From Chiloscyllium plagiosum (lineage: Eukaryota): DNA of 62,000 bases. Position 1 is the first letter of the stretch; every line of letters begins with the position of its first letter. The DNA lies in the NCBI RefSeq assembly GCF_004010195.1, contig NC_057718.1, forward strand, positions 39,103,143 to 39,165,142, in the 5' to 3' direction. The position numbers were made by a program, and so were the translations under genes. The notes under the pieces were generated by a model that did no database searches, was not told the origin of the DNA, and saw only the letters and a list, made by a program, of their open reading frames with translations. Below are positions 12,353-24,965 of this stretch, in pieces.

Positions 12353-12719
12353 TCTAGTTTTAGACTTCCCTACAATGAGAAAAAGGAGTTGGCTATCTGC
12401 CTTAACTATGCCTCTCAGGCTTTGTTTGTATACTTTTCTTTAGGGGGTGGATATTTTAATATTCAATTACATCTTCAATTGCCTAGTCACCAGGTACAGG
12501 AAGCGAATATGTACTGTTCCATTCCAGCTACTCGTAAACAGTGAAATTACCCCCTTGTTTAGCTCTTCTTTGAACATCTTGTTACCTCCATCTATAGTTT
12601 GATGTAGGCTGCACTTGTCTCATGTTGCACATGATTCCTTCTCAGGGTCAGAGTGCCTAAACAATACAAGTGCCTGGAATTAGTCCTTCACTGGATAATA
12701 GCTTGATGAAAAGATTTTA

Positions 12720-13370
12720 TTCAATAGATGATACGGGGATAGTGGAAAAAGAACAAAAGAGCAGATCTGGGATCGGGCAGAAAATGAGAGACTCTGCATG
12801 ACAAAAGAGGTTTTGGAACAGATAGATAATGAGATAAGCAAAGAAACAAAAGACAGGCTCAGCTGATGTATGAATCGCAGAATATCGAACAGCTGTCAAA
12901 AAGCAAAAAGTAGAGTAAAAGAAATGAACAAAGCATTGACACATGGAAAGTAAAGGAACTAAAATGGGGGAGCAGAGATTGCAGTGTGAAATTATTGAAT
13001 TCACTGTTGAGTCCAGAAGGCTGTAGAGGTACTCCTAATTGAAAGATAAGGTACTCCTCTTCAAGCTTGTTTTGAGCTTCATTGGAACATTGCAATGGAT
13101 CAGAAAGCAGAGACGTCAATGGGAAAGAAAGATGAAGAATTAAAATGACAGGCCACCAGAAGCTTGCCATCATGCATGCAGATACAACAAGACCAATTCC
13201 ACAAAGCAGTCACCCAATCTGCATTTGGTCTCAAATGTGTTGCAAAGACTGTATTGTGAGCAGACAGTACTGTATACTAAAATGTTTCTTTCTGCACAGA
13301 TGCCGGGAATATTCCCAGTATTTTCCATTTTATTTCAAATTTCTAGCATCTGCAATATTTTGCTTTTGAA
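12720..13370 (-). mobile_element. Old Penelope-like remnant (GIY-YIG C-terminus) with an oppositely oriented tail at ~13290-13370
   Basis: Translation LQCSNEAQNKLEEEYLIFQLG..LQPSGLNSEFNNF aligns with LEEERLIFRLGTLQPQGINVDF at 34080-34143. Confidence 0.7.
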
Positions 13371-13663
13371 TGACAACATAATCTTGTTTGTGGGAATGTT
13401 GGTTGAGAGAAAAATAGCGATGAGAACTCTGTTCGATTTCGAATGGTATTTTGGGCTTGTATATAACAATAGAGGCAGATTGGCCCTCAGTTTTCCAATA
13501 AATAGCACCACAGCGACATTGCATTTCTTCAATACCGCATGAATTATCAGCTCACTTTATGTACTCAAAACTATTTTTTTCTGGAAACTACAACCTATGG
13601 CTTAGGTGAGATTTTCTTATAGGTCTATGGTCTCTCTTCCATTTTAGATTGCTTCCTGTATTT

Positions 13664-14210
13664 TGATGTGGAGGGGCAGATGTTGAACTGGGTAGACAAA
13701 GTTAAAAATCACACATAACCAGGTTATAGTCCAACAGGTTTATTTGGGACTACTGGCTTTCAGAGCACTGCTCCTTCATCGGGTAGCTTTGGAGCAGGAT
13801 CATACGACACAGAATTTAAAGCAAAAGATCACAGTGTCATGCAATGGTAATGATATATTGAACAAACCTAGATTGCTGTTAAGTCTTTTATCTTTTAGAA
13901 TGGGTTGCAGGTTTCGGTTCATTAATATGTAAATCCCAGAACTTCTTTCAAGTCACCTTCTTGAGGTAACTTAAGTTATAACTTAAGAAATCTGCAACCC
14001 ATTCTAAAAGATGAAAGATTTAACAGCAATCTAGGTTTGTTCAATGTATCATTTCATTTGCATTACATTGCGATCTTTTGCTATAAATTCTGTGTCTTAT
14101 GATCCTGCTTCATAGCTACCTGATAAAGGAGCAGCACTCTGAAAGCTAGTACTCCCAAATAAACCTGTTGGACAATAACCTAGAGTTGTGTGATATTTTT
14201 AATCTTGTCC
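13664..14210. mobile_element. Fold-back (inverted pLTR) Penelope family-2 insertion
   Basis: 13695-13915 is a near reverse complement of 13987-14210, around a ~70-bp spacer. Each arm holds a degenerate hammerhead (13760-13787 on -, 14117-14151 on +). Confidence 0.85.
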
Positions 14211-14329
14211 TACATTTTGGTAATAGAATTCTAAATTGAGTAGTTTCCTTATTAATAGTTATATATATTCTGCAATTCTAATATATCCTATTTTTTAAAA
14301 GCCCTGATTATTAGCTGTATGCTGTTATC

Positions 14330-15620
14330 ACATCCACCTCAGGCTTTCCCTCTGAGCTTCAGTCCACACCATAAACCTACATTCCCTAGACATTAACTCC
14401 ATCCCACTTCCTAGCCACAGCCTAATGCTGAAACAGAATATCCACAATCTCACAGCCCTATTTGGCCTAAGATAAATCTTCAATCCCATCTCTTTTTCAT
14501 CTATAATACTGCCTAGTTCCACCTCCATAATAACCATTACAGGTGGTTCTGGGATAACATGTTTTGGCAGTGTGATTTGGCTATAACGTTGCTGAAGAAT
14601 TTGGGAGTGGTATTTTTGAGAATACTTAAGATTCCAGCGGGGATTGGTTCACATGTTTTGTTCTGCGCATGCGCCGATATCACCACATGGTTCTGCACAT
14701 GCACCAATGTCCGTGCCATTCTGCCCATTCACAATGTCAGTGCCGGCCTTCTTACTGTTCTGAGCATGTGCCAATGTCAGCTGCCGACAGAGCAGCTTTC
14801 TGTGAGAGGTGCTGTACAGAGAGCAACTTCTTGCCTTTTTTAAATGTACCATGTTAAATTTACTTTTGTGTCGTTAATAAATATGATTTCCACCTTCATT
14901 CCGGTTGTGCTGTACTTTGCATTGGACCTTTGAGCGATTGTGAATGATATTTTTTTACTGGACTTCTCCAATCCTACTTTCCCAGAGGCCCAATTATTTC
15001 TATTAAGCGATTTTCTATTAAGCAAGGTTTCGCTGGAACACAACTCTGGCATTATAGGAGAATTACCTGAATCTACTCCTGCCTCCACCCATTTGCTTTG
15101 CTCACTCAACTTTTAAATAAATTCTGCCTGGACTCCCATCTCTCATCGTTCATAAACTTCAGATTTTCTGAACTTGGGCTATCTTTTCTCACATAAACTC
15201 CTTTTCATCCGTCACCCTTGTAGTTTTTAAACCACATCGGCTCTCAGTCCGCCACCTTGATTTTAAAATACTTATGCTTGCTTTCAAACTCTTTAATGAT
15301 TTAGCTCCATCCTGTCTCTGTAGCCTCCTCAAAATCTTGGTCTACCCATGCTGATATCTGTGCATCAAATTCCATATCTGGCAACTGCACCTTTCAATTG
15401 CCGCAGCTCTAAACTCTAAACTCAATTGCCGCAGCTCTAAACTTCACCCATCTCTCTTTAAGACACTCTTTAAATTTTACCTCTTAAAAAAGCTTTTTGG
15501 TCATTTATCCTAGTACTTTACTGTGCTGCTCAGTGGCAATTTCCTTTCTTATAACCTTCTCTGGTATGCCTTGGGATGTGCTGCTTTTATTAAAGGCTAT
15601 AGACACACAATGTATTGTTT
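14330..15620 (+). mobile_element. Degenerate L2 LINE 3' region, interrupted by a DNA transposon
   Basis: Pyrimidine-rich L2-like text on both sides of 14540-15069, ending GCTTTTTGGTCA...GCCTTGGGATGTG...TTAAAGGCTATA. Confidence 0.6.
14540..15069. mobile_element. Non-autonomous Tc1/mariner (Tigger-like) DNA transposon
   Basis: Starts TA|CAGGTGGTTCTGGGATAAC and ends CATTATAGGAGAATTACCTG (imperfect TIRs). The right TA has decayed to AA. Confidence 0.7.
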
Positions 15621-15913
15621 AAAGAAGAGTCCAGCACACATTTAGGAATTTAATTCCTTTTCTTCAGTTTATTTTCTCTCAGCCTGGAGCACAATGGAGG
15701 ATTATAGTGTTTTATTTATATTGTTATACCTCATATATTATACCTTTCCTACTCCTTTATCTATGTATAGATTCGGTTCCAGGTCCCTCTAACAATTAGG
15801 GAATCTGTAAGTCACACTTTTGATAGCAATTTGTTTTAAACATCATTGATCCCTAATGGGATCATTTTCCAAACTTATGACCTCTATTTTCTAAACTTAT
15901 GACCTCTCTCCAG

Positions 15914-16250
15914 CAGTGGTTCTCAAACATTTTTAGTTGTTTTTCAAAATTGATTAGTAATTACTGACTCCCTAGTTAAATCTAATCTTGATGTGAAAAG
16001 CTGTATGTAATCAGTATATTAGTGAGGTATATGTTCTAATATTTTTCTACAAAAGTATTTACTTACAGATATCAATGATATAAGTGTTCTTGCTTCTCAT
16101 TCACAGAGTCTATGTATCCATGCATACCCCATTTCTAGGTGAACGAACCACCCCAATCTGCATTGCACACATGACAGCTATTGTCATGTTCCGCCTCCCA
16201 GTTCACATTATTCCGTGGTAAAACTGTGAACTCCAGTTTGAAAACTATTG
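15914..16250. mobile_element. Short hAT (Charlie-like) non-autonomous element
   Basis: Imperfect TIRs CAGTGGTTCTCAAAC and GTTTGAAAACTATTG. The 8-bp TSD is not clearly preserved. Confidence 0.5.
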
Positions 16251-17819
16251 CGCTGAGTGTAAAAACCATTCGTTCATCTATTTGTCACACCTAGAAATCT
16301 GTGTGTTTTTGTTCATATGTGTTTTCCTGTATGGAACCAAATCAAAATCCTCATCTGAGTCATCTGTGTCCTCACTGTAGCAAATGAATTATCTTTCCTT
16401 GTGGTGTTGTTGCAGCCCACCTGTATCTGGTGACTCATTGTGCACTGGTCCCACAATGTCAGTTGAACAAATGTCTTTCATTGCTATCAACTGAGGGACC
16501 TTTTTCCTCAGAAAATAATTGATGCTTATTCATTTTATTTGAAGATATATTTGCCAGCTAAATTTTGGATATCTGTAAACAAAAATGTAGAAAGGAAAGT
16601 TGTGATGAAGGAAGAACAGTTGGACTGGAATGCACAAGACACGTGCATTCTGTCATTTCTGAGTGTTTCAGTGCTGCCAGGTGCAATAACCTGAGAAATT
16701 CCCACCCCTGTAATGCAGAACATGTCTCCATTGCATGTACATGACATGCAATGGACACTCAAGCTTTTCATCACCACATATATGTTGCTTTCCTGGGTCA
16801 GTTGAATAACCCCACACAACCTACATAGAAGGGGTGGCTCAGGGGGATGTGCATCATTTCTCCTGAAGGACTGCCATTGATGCAGAAGTCCACACCTAAT
16901 AATCTGTGCCTGTTTGCCTCCTTTAAGCTATAGAAATGTCTTTGACAACAGGGACCTTGAGAAGTCACCAAAGTTCGTGTTAAATTAAGCACTCATCACT
17001 ATTGTTGTGAAACCTGCACCATCTACCAATATCATAACAAAGCCCTATTCCTGGAGAGCCATCTCTCCAATAGATAGGCCATTGGGTCCAGCTGCCCAAA
17101 AACTAATCCTTCAACAGTTTCTTTAACCAATGCCGAAAACGGATATATATGGATATGATGAAGTCACCCTAAAGCATGGAGACATTGACACCACATTGAC
17201 TGAGAGGAGAAAGTTTTTAGCTGCTCAGCACAGCACCTCATAATCCATCAAAGTGCAAGCTATTTCAAGGCTCACTGACTTGGCTGTGAAGAAGAAGGTG
17301 GTGGCAGAAGAAGGAGAAGAAAGACAACCCAGGGCTGTGAATTCCATTTCACTATCTAACAGCATGCCATCATTGTGGATTCCAAGTTGGGCTCCTCAGC
17401 TAGCCTGACAAATGTCATCCTCAATTCCAAGGGACAGCTGATGACATACAGTACATTCACCATAATAAGCAGGCACATTTGCATCCCATATGCCAATGAG
17501 ACCACACACTGGAAAACCGTGCTTTTTCAACACAGGCACACATGCATGTGCGCACACGCACACACATAGACCCCACCATAAGCCATCGTCTGGGATGAAT
17601 GTGTACAACGCAAGTGGGTGGCATGACATATTAGGGCTGGTACATATGGGGGAAAGGTGTTACGGTGTTCCAAGGAAGTAAGGAGATGGTGCACATGGCA
17701 TGAAGGGTAAGTAATGTTGGAAGCTGGGGGGTACTGAGAACAAGTGAGAGAAGGTTTCACTTGCAACAAAAGGTGACAGAACATGAGTTTGGCAATGGCT
17801 TGGTGCAGTGAGTTGGCAG

Positions 17820-17935
17820 AGAGTAGATTATTGTACTGACACTGGTGGAGCAGGGAAGGCCATTCACCTTACTGCACTGCTGCACTTTTCCCCCCTCACC
17901 CTGAAGATGGTGCTGACCAGGGTGGCGATCTCTCA
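17820..17935 (-). mobile_element. PIF/Harbinger Myb/SANT-domain remnant
   Basis: Minus translation EIATLVSTIFRVR...QQCSKVNGLPCSTS resembles the trihelix motif and the copy at 31340-31560. Confidence 0.45.
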
Positions 17936-19472
17936 AGGTTGTTCAAGTCTGCTGGTGTTGAGGATCTAATATTTGAATTTAGGCTGTTGTCAAAAGCAAC
18001 AAGTATATGTAGATTTTTATTAACTACAAAATGACTTTTAAATTTAAAATTACACAACAAAATGGCTGCAAGTAATGATTTGACTGTGTGAACTTGAATT
18101 GATGCTTTGCTAAGTTGGTTGTATTTAGAGATAAGAGAGAACAATGGATTTTTCATAATATGAATCATAAGACAGTGATTTAGTATTCGAACTAACCTTG
18201 AACTGCTTGCATGGGATGGTGCTCCATGTAAATTAAGAACCCTTTCCTGGGGAATATCATTGGGTTAACCCGCTGTAAATTATGTCACCTTATTATATGT
18301 GATTGGTCTTTTCTTGTAATTAAGGCTGTACTATCTCTTAAAAAACATATAAATAATGTGTAAATTTTTAATGTAATTGCGCCATTTCTCCACGGCACAC
18401 AGAAGCTTTTAACCTCTATGTTGCTGGACAAATTTGTGCCAGGCTGCCTTATTTTATTAAACTGGTAACCTTGCTTTAAACAGACTGTACTCCTCGTGAT
18501 TTTTTTGACTGATCTCGAACCAAGAGGCCCCTTTGGAGGGGTCTAGATCTTCACTGTGGCCTCTTCTGGTCCTCCATGTATAGTGCTCCTTATCTCTCAA
18601 CCACTCCATCCACAAGGACCTCTAGGTCCCTCCCTGAGAACTATTGTACCAGCCTCTGCTTCTCTGCCATCTCTCCTGATTCCTTCACGCCTGAACAGGG
18701 CAGCTGCCAGGTTTGCAGTAGGCTGTGAAAGATGGCAAGGGCGCTAGTCTTAGAGCGCATGTCCAGTCAGTGGTCAGTTGCTCTGAGAACAGTGTATAGT
18801 AAGATGAGACAGAAATCGAATTGATATTTGCCATAATGGTAGTAATGCCAGTTAATGCGGTAAGTTTGATGAGATACGGTATGAAACCTTGCTCGGTCTC
18901 ACAGTGAGAACCACTCCACCAAACTCAACGTGATGCGCACATAATCAAAAGAACGTAAAATTCAACCCAAAATGGATGTGACAAGAACCAGTTGCATTAC
19001 GTTATCCGTCAGGATTCATTTTGGCTGAATGCACTAGAGAATGTAAGGAAGAGGCATTTGTGTAGAATAGAGAGAAGCAAATTTAGGCTGATGCTAAAGA
19101 ATATTTTTCACAGTATAAGACTTGAAAGTACCTTAAGATTAGATGAAGGGAGGGAATACCATACATGGAAAGTACACTGCATTAATGGGAGGCAATGATC
19201 TGTTTTCCTACTTGGTTTGATCTAGTTTGATCATTGAATGCTTTCTTGCATTCCTTCCAGATGTATAAGTTATGAAGGAAGCATTTTCACTCTTGATGAC
19301 CTCCTCCCATTCCGTTGGACTGTGCTTGTGAGCTTGTAGTTCTCTTCACAAAAGCTTAAAGTTTGTAATTTAATATAAAAACAGATATGCCTTCTAAGAT
19401 TTCTACAAGACTTTAAATCCTGCAGCAGCAGTACTAGACTTCATGCATGACAATGTGTTTGGAGCTCAGTTG

Positions 19473-20390
19473 TGTTAAGGATATGTATTTGTATTTATGG
19501 CCTATGTGAAAAATGGAAGATTAGAAACTGTTTTGACACTTTCTGGATTAAAAATTGTTTTTGCCATGTGATCTTTTGGAAAATGAGGGCAGCAGTTTAC
19601 TAAATGCTGTAGCCTACCTGATGTCCGCAGAAAGCCAAATGCCTTTGGAGAAAAAGAGAAATGAAGATTTTTGGAGTTATGAAATCAGGCTTATGGCTCT
19701 TAATTGTTTGAAAAAAAAACAGCTTTAGTAAAGACTCTGGACTATCTGTGATTATAGTTGCGTCGTAACACTTTCTGGATTTGATTTTCTTTTCACAGAC
19801 CAAGTGGTAAATAAGGAAAGAAACCTTATTAGTACAATTCTCTCCCTTTTTCTCTCAGTAAAAGATCTTGGAACTTTGGTCAAGTTTCCAAATATCAGTA
19901 TTTCTGACTATTGTACAAACCTGAAAAGCTAAACTGTGGCCACTTTCTAAAGACTCAGGTCCAGCTTGAGTTCAATCCAGATCTTCCTTCAGTCTATGGC
20001 TGTCAGCAATCTGATTCATTGACAAGAAACCTGGCGACGTAATCATCAAATTCTATCCTGTGTTTTCAGACACTTGGTCAACAGGTCTGTTTGCTTTGCT
20101 TTTAAAAAAAAAGTCTTTGCAGCATCTACTGTCCATTTATATTGTCTAAGTGTGTCTGTGTTTGGGATTAAGAGGATCTACTTCTAATTCTGGATTCTAT
20201 TTTAAGAAGTTTTGTGTTACTTTTTTGAGTTTGTTAAAGAAGTCTGGTAAAAGTTTATTTTATTCTGGGAGTAATACAAAAAGGAATCAATTGACCTTTT
20301 TTGGACATTGAATCAAAACACTTATTCTAATGGTGCAACTGGTGGAATAGTAGGGTTTGATTAACTGTGCATTCTACCCATCACTTGTAA
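19473..20390. repeat. Possible old solo LTR
   Basis: Begins TGTTAAGG and has an overall layout like 37102-37985. Ends and TSD not resolved. Confidence 0.3.
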
Positions 20391-20898
20391 TCTTGAAATT
20401 AGGATCTCTGGAACATTGTGGGTGACTTAGGCATAATTTGGATTCTATCCCAATTCAGCTCAGCTCATGCCCAAATGGAAAATCTCTGCAACTTTCTTCA
20501 CATTTTCTGCAAAGATCAACAGGCAATGTATGAAAAATAAGATTGATAGCACTCTCAGTAGCCCCCTCACAGCTGGAGAAAGCTCTCTTTGATGCATAGA
20601 CTAGATTCATCTTCACATTGTAAACTCATTTCCATGAGTTATGTTCTGTAAACAGTTTGCTGCAGTCAGATTAGCTTAATTGCAGACACCACATGCACAG
20701 GAACTATTAAAGACCATCCTTTGTTTTGCAGTGATTGAAATAAAACTGTCAAACTCCAAAGATAATTGAATTGGGAATTGTACTGTTACAGCTCTGTTTC
20801 TCAGAGTTTAAGCTTGTCTCTAAAAACAGCTGTATGTCATGTTCTTATAGATCTAATTCATTGTAAATATTTCAATAAAGTGTATCTAGAGAGTCATT

Positions 20899-21082
20899 GT
20901 GCTCCGGTTTCCTCCCACAATCTAAAGATGTGCAGGTTAGGTGAATTGGCCATGCTAAATTGCCCATAGTGTTAGGTGAAGGGGTAAATGTAGGGGAATG
21001 GGTGGGTTGCTCTTTGGAGAGTCGGTGTGGATTTGTTGGGCCGAAGGGCCTGTTTCCACACTGTAAGAAATCTAATCTAATC
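20899..21082 (+). mobile_element. HE1-type SINE, 5'-truncated
   Basis: GTGCTCCGGTTTCCTCCCACA...GGGCCTGTTTCCACACTGTAAGAAATCTAATCTAATC. Confidence 0.9.
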
Positions 21083-21636
21083 ATCCTCACCTGTTACCTT
21101 TGGTTTTATCAATTAAAGGGTCAGTACTGTCACTATGGGAAATGGTTGTGTGACAAGTTTTATTTGTGGTAGATGTCTGTTCTGAAATGAGACTTGAGAC
21201 GAACTTGCAGTGGGTTACACAGGATCCTCCTGCCTGCCTCCCCCAGGGTTTGCTGAGTTATTTGGAGACACCTATTCTGGAAGTAAAATATCTCACCTGT
21301 CCAATGTGGTCAGAATGTTAACTATCCAACACTGAGGAAGTGTCAACAAGCTGAGGACTCCCAGATCCTCAATTCTATTTTTATAAAGGCTTAGAAAAGA
21401 AATTAATTCTTTTATTTAGAGATCCTATAAATTGATTCAGCAGCAGTGAGACATACTTTTGCCCATCTGGAGGAGAGTCCACCTCAATCAATATTTTTAA
21501 CTGATCCAGGTGTAAACTTGAGTCCTGACTGAGCCAGTCTACCAGGAAGTTCTACTATAAAGAGTCCTCCACTCACTAGAAAAAAGGAAATTGAGATGGG
21601 ACCTGATTGAGGTTTAAAAAATCATGAAGGGTGTAT

Positions 21637-22178
21637 AAAGTTAAAATCACACAACACCAGGTTATATTCCAACAGGTTTAATTGGAAGCTCACTAGCTTT
21701 CGCTCCTTCATCGGGTGCTTGTAGAGGGCACAATTGTCAGACACAGAATTTATAGTAAATGTTTACAGTGTGATGTAACTGAAATTATACATTGAATAAT
21801 ACCTTAATTGTTTGTTGAGGCTTTCATCTGTTAGAATACTATGATCGTTTCACTTCTTTTATGTGTAAATCATAAAACCTTTTTTGTAAAAGTTGCATTC
21901 TCAGGTTAACTGTAACAATTGGTGTTAGCTAGACAATATGTTGAAGGTGTTAGCCCCCTGTGTTCTCTGTCTTTGCCATAATGTTTAGACTGATTGTAAA
22001 CTAAAAAGTGAGATAACAGAGTCTTACATGAATTCAAGCAGTTTTTGAGCAAAGTACAATGTAACTCTGCAAGTACAAATTCACCCCACAAACGTATATG
22101 TATATGTGTGCATGTGGGTCTGTGTGTGTGTGTCTGTCTGTGTTGGGGACAGACACACACACATATATACACACACAT
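21637..22178 (-). mobile_element. Penelope family-2 3' region with a deleted hammerhead and a TG/CA fold-back end
   Basis: Homologous to 13695-13915. Minus strand CACCCGATGAAGGAGCGAAAGCTAGTG. Ends in TGTGTGTGTGTCTGTC...GACAGACACACACACA. Confidence 0.75.
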
Positions 22179-22259
22179 TTTTTTTCTCGCTCTTACATGG
22201 ACCTTGGAGCGGAGTATATGGAACTTACTAGCACTTGCAAAACTTAAAGGGAGTGTTAG

Positions 22260-22620
22260 TTGCTACTGTCCCTTTTATTCCATGACCTATAATTTTCCTC
22301 AGAAGTCTGTTGTATGGCACTGTATCAAACATGTTGTGGTAGTCCAATACACCACATCAACAGGAGAAAGTGAGGACTGCAGATGCAGGAGATCAGAGTT
22401 AAAAAATGATGAAAGGCTTATGCCCGAAACATTATTTCTCCTGCTCCTCAGATGCTGTCTGACCTGCTGTGCTTTTCCAGCACCACACATTTTGACACCA
22501 ACAGTTTTGTCCTCAACAATCTTCTTTGTAACCTCTTCAAAACAAAATCTCGAGCAAGGTTGATAGGATTTTCCCTTATGAAATCCACACTGAGTTTTTA
22601 GAATCACCCTACACTTTCCA
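22260..22620 (-). mobile_element. Degenerate CR1 RT fragment
   Basis: Translation QCGFHKGKSY...FEEVTKKIVEDK..VDVVY (CR1 RT). Confidence 0.7.
22363..22496. mobile_element. Split and inverted PLE-derived mini-element
   Basis: Inverted terminus GGAGAAAGTGAGGACTGCAGATGC, then forward TGATGAAAGGCTTATGCCCGAAAC...CCAGCACCACAC. CAACAG is repeated at the flanks. Confidence 0.8.
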
Positions 22621-22949
22621 ATGTTGTACAATTTTGTTCAGTCACAATCATATTTAATGGTAGACACTGTATTGCAAACTTTGCAAATGCTGGCTGGTTG
22701 GCTCAGTTTAGTACTCTGCTTGTTGCAAACACCCAAAGGAAAATGTAGTATTGACATTCTCCACTCACATCGTGTAGATTTTGGCTTGCCCCCGGATTGG
22801 TATTCTTGGGTGTTGTCCTGATGAACATATGGTGAAAATTTTGGACATTTTTTTCATAAAGGTTCCAACTCTGTATAACCAAATGACAATTAGTAAAAAA
22901 AAAAGTAGTACTGAGGAAATTAATGAAATTGTAAATGAATAAATCTTCT

Positions 22950-24500
22950 GATCCTGATGATCAACAGAGTGTTGAAAGAAGTGGTTGTAAACATTGTGGG
23001 TGCATTGATGGTCATCTTCCAATATTCTATAGAATCTGGAATAGTTCCAATAGATTGAAAGGTAGTAAATATAATCCTACTATTTAAATAGGAAAGAGAG
23101 AAAAAAAACAGGGAAAGTAACCAGTAAAGAAAATACTTGAATATATTACAAATGATGAGAGAACTGAATACTTAACACAGGGATTTATGAAGGAAAAATC
23201 ATGTTTAACCAAATCTGTTAATTTTTTTTGTGGCTGTGACTAGCTGTAAATAAGGGGATATTAATGATGTAGTGTAAATGGATTTTCAGAAGGCTTTCAA
23301 TAAGGTCCCGCACAAGAGACTAATGAACAAAATTAGAACACACCGTATTGGGGTAATATATGACATTGGTTGAGAATTATTTACAAATGAAAGGTTCAGA
23401 TCTGAAATGTGCAAGGACTCCCTTGCACTGATGCTGCTTGACCTGCTGTGCATCTTCCAGCTCCACACTTTATCGATTCTGACTTTCCAATATCTGCAGT
23501 CCTCACTTTCTCCAATTGTGTACAAATAGAAAACCAGAGAGTAGGAGTAAATGGATCATTCCTGGTTGGCTTGACTTGTAGGTTATCACAAGGATCTGGC
23601 TATTCATAATCTCTATTAATGGTTTAAATATGGAAGCCAAATGTTTCTAAGCTTGTTAATGACACAAAATTATGTAAGAATATGAGCTGTGAGGAAGCCT
23701 CAAGGGTGTTTTGATAGGCTAAATTTGCAGGAAAGAACATGACAATTGGAATATAATGTCGAAAAAATAAGTGAAATTATCCATCTTGATTGGAGAAACA
23801 GAAAGAAGAGTTTTTCAGATATAGTGAAAGATGGGGAAATGTTCGTATCCAAAATCACCTGGGTGTCTTTGTTCATGAATCATTGAAAGCAGGTGCAACA
23901 AGCCATTAGGAAGGCAAATCATATGTTGGCCTTTATTGCAAGAGGATTTGAGTACAGGAGCAATTGTTTAGAGCATTGGTGACATCCTACTGACAGTATT
24001 ATGAATACTTGTCTCCTTGCCTAAGGTAGAACATTCTTGCTGTAGAAGAAGTTTACCAAAGCCTCACCAATTGATCACTGGGATGGCAGGAGTGTCTTTT
24101 GAGGAAAGATTGAAGAGACTGGGCATATCTTCTCCAGAAGTTAGAAGATTGAGAGGTATTCACATAGAAACATGCACAATCATTACAGGGTCACTGCTGG
24201 AAAGATATTCTCCGTAGAACAACAATCTCAGAAAAGGGGAGACCATTTTGAACTGAGAGGAGGAGGAATTTCTTCATTCAGGTTGGGGAATGTTGAGAAT
24301 TCTGAATCCCTGAGGGTTATGGCAGCTTTGTCATGAACATACAAAATAACTGATTCATTGGTTTCTAGATATTAAAAACATCAAGGGATAAGGGGATAGT
24401 GTGGGAAAATGATGTGAAAGTAGTAGATCAGTCATGATCAAGTTGAATATCCAAGCAGGCCTGAGAGGCTGAATGGCCTACTCCTACTCCTATTTCCTAT
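22950..24500 (+). mobile_element. Degenerate CR1 LINE (ORF2 RT to 3' tail) with a PLE tail inserted at ~23390-23520
   Basis: GATTTTCAGAAGGCTTTCAATAAGGTCCCGCAC (DFQKAFNKVPH), SFEERLKRLG...RRLRG, and tail GGCTGAATGGCCTACTCCTACTCCTATTTCCTAT. Confidence 0.85.
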
Positions 24501-24658
24501 TAAGCTATAAATTCCATCCCAAATAATTGTTTATAGAAATTTCCCTACCACCAAGTTAACTTGTCCAGTCTGTAATTATTGGGTTGACCTTTACAGGGTT
24601 TTTAAAAGAAAACGGTAATGTTGGCACTTCTCCAATCCTCTAGCATGACTTTGAATCC

Positions 24659-24711
24659 TGTTCCCTGGATGCTGCCTGACCTGCTGCGCTTTTCCAGCAA
24701 CACATTTCCAG
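24659..24711 (+). mobile_element. 53-bp PLE tail micro-insertion with a 10-bp TSD
   Basis: CTTTGAATCC at 24649-24658 and 24712-24721 flanks TGTTCCCTGGATGCTGCCTGACCTGCTGCGCTTTTCCAGCAACAC. Confidence 0.8.
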
Positions 24712-24841
24712 CTTTGAATCCAGGGAAGCTTATTGCTAATGCCTCAGTTTTTACTCTCACTTTCAATATATTTGCATCAGTTGTATCATCCTTTCATCTT
24801 TTACTTATAAGTTTTGTGTCCAATATATCCTCTCTCACTAG

Positions 24842-24965
24842 CACCTGAAGGAGGAGCGAGGTTCCGAAAGCTTGTCTTTTCAAATAAATCTAATGGACTA
24901 TAATCCGGTGTTGTGTGATTTTTGACTTTATCCATCCCAGTTCAACACCAATACCTCCACATCAT
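24842..24965 (+). mobile_element. Penelope family-2 tail starting at a degenerate hammerhead
   Basis: CACCTGAAGGAGGAGCGAGGTTCCGAAAGCTTGTC...GGACTATAATCCGGTGTTGTG...CCTCCACATCA. Confidence 0.75.

Larger units (their letters stand above)
11862..12420 (-). mobile_element. CR1 3' end, interrupted by the PLE insert at 12158-12352
   Basis: CATAGAGGTCTACAGCATGGAAACAGGCCCTT...CACCACCCTCTATGTGAAAA...CCTTAAACCTATGC, matching the CR1 tail at 40506-40830. Confidence 0.85.

Noticed and set aside
16540..17470. Harbinger DDE transposase remnant
   Set aside because: Only vague motif echoes, and no convincing frame could be read by eye.
22045..22631. 172-aa and 110-aa ORFs
   Set aside because: They are chance read-throughs of microsatellite, CR1 and PLE fragments.
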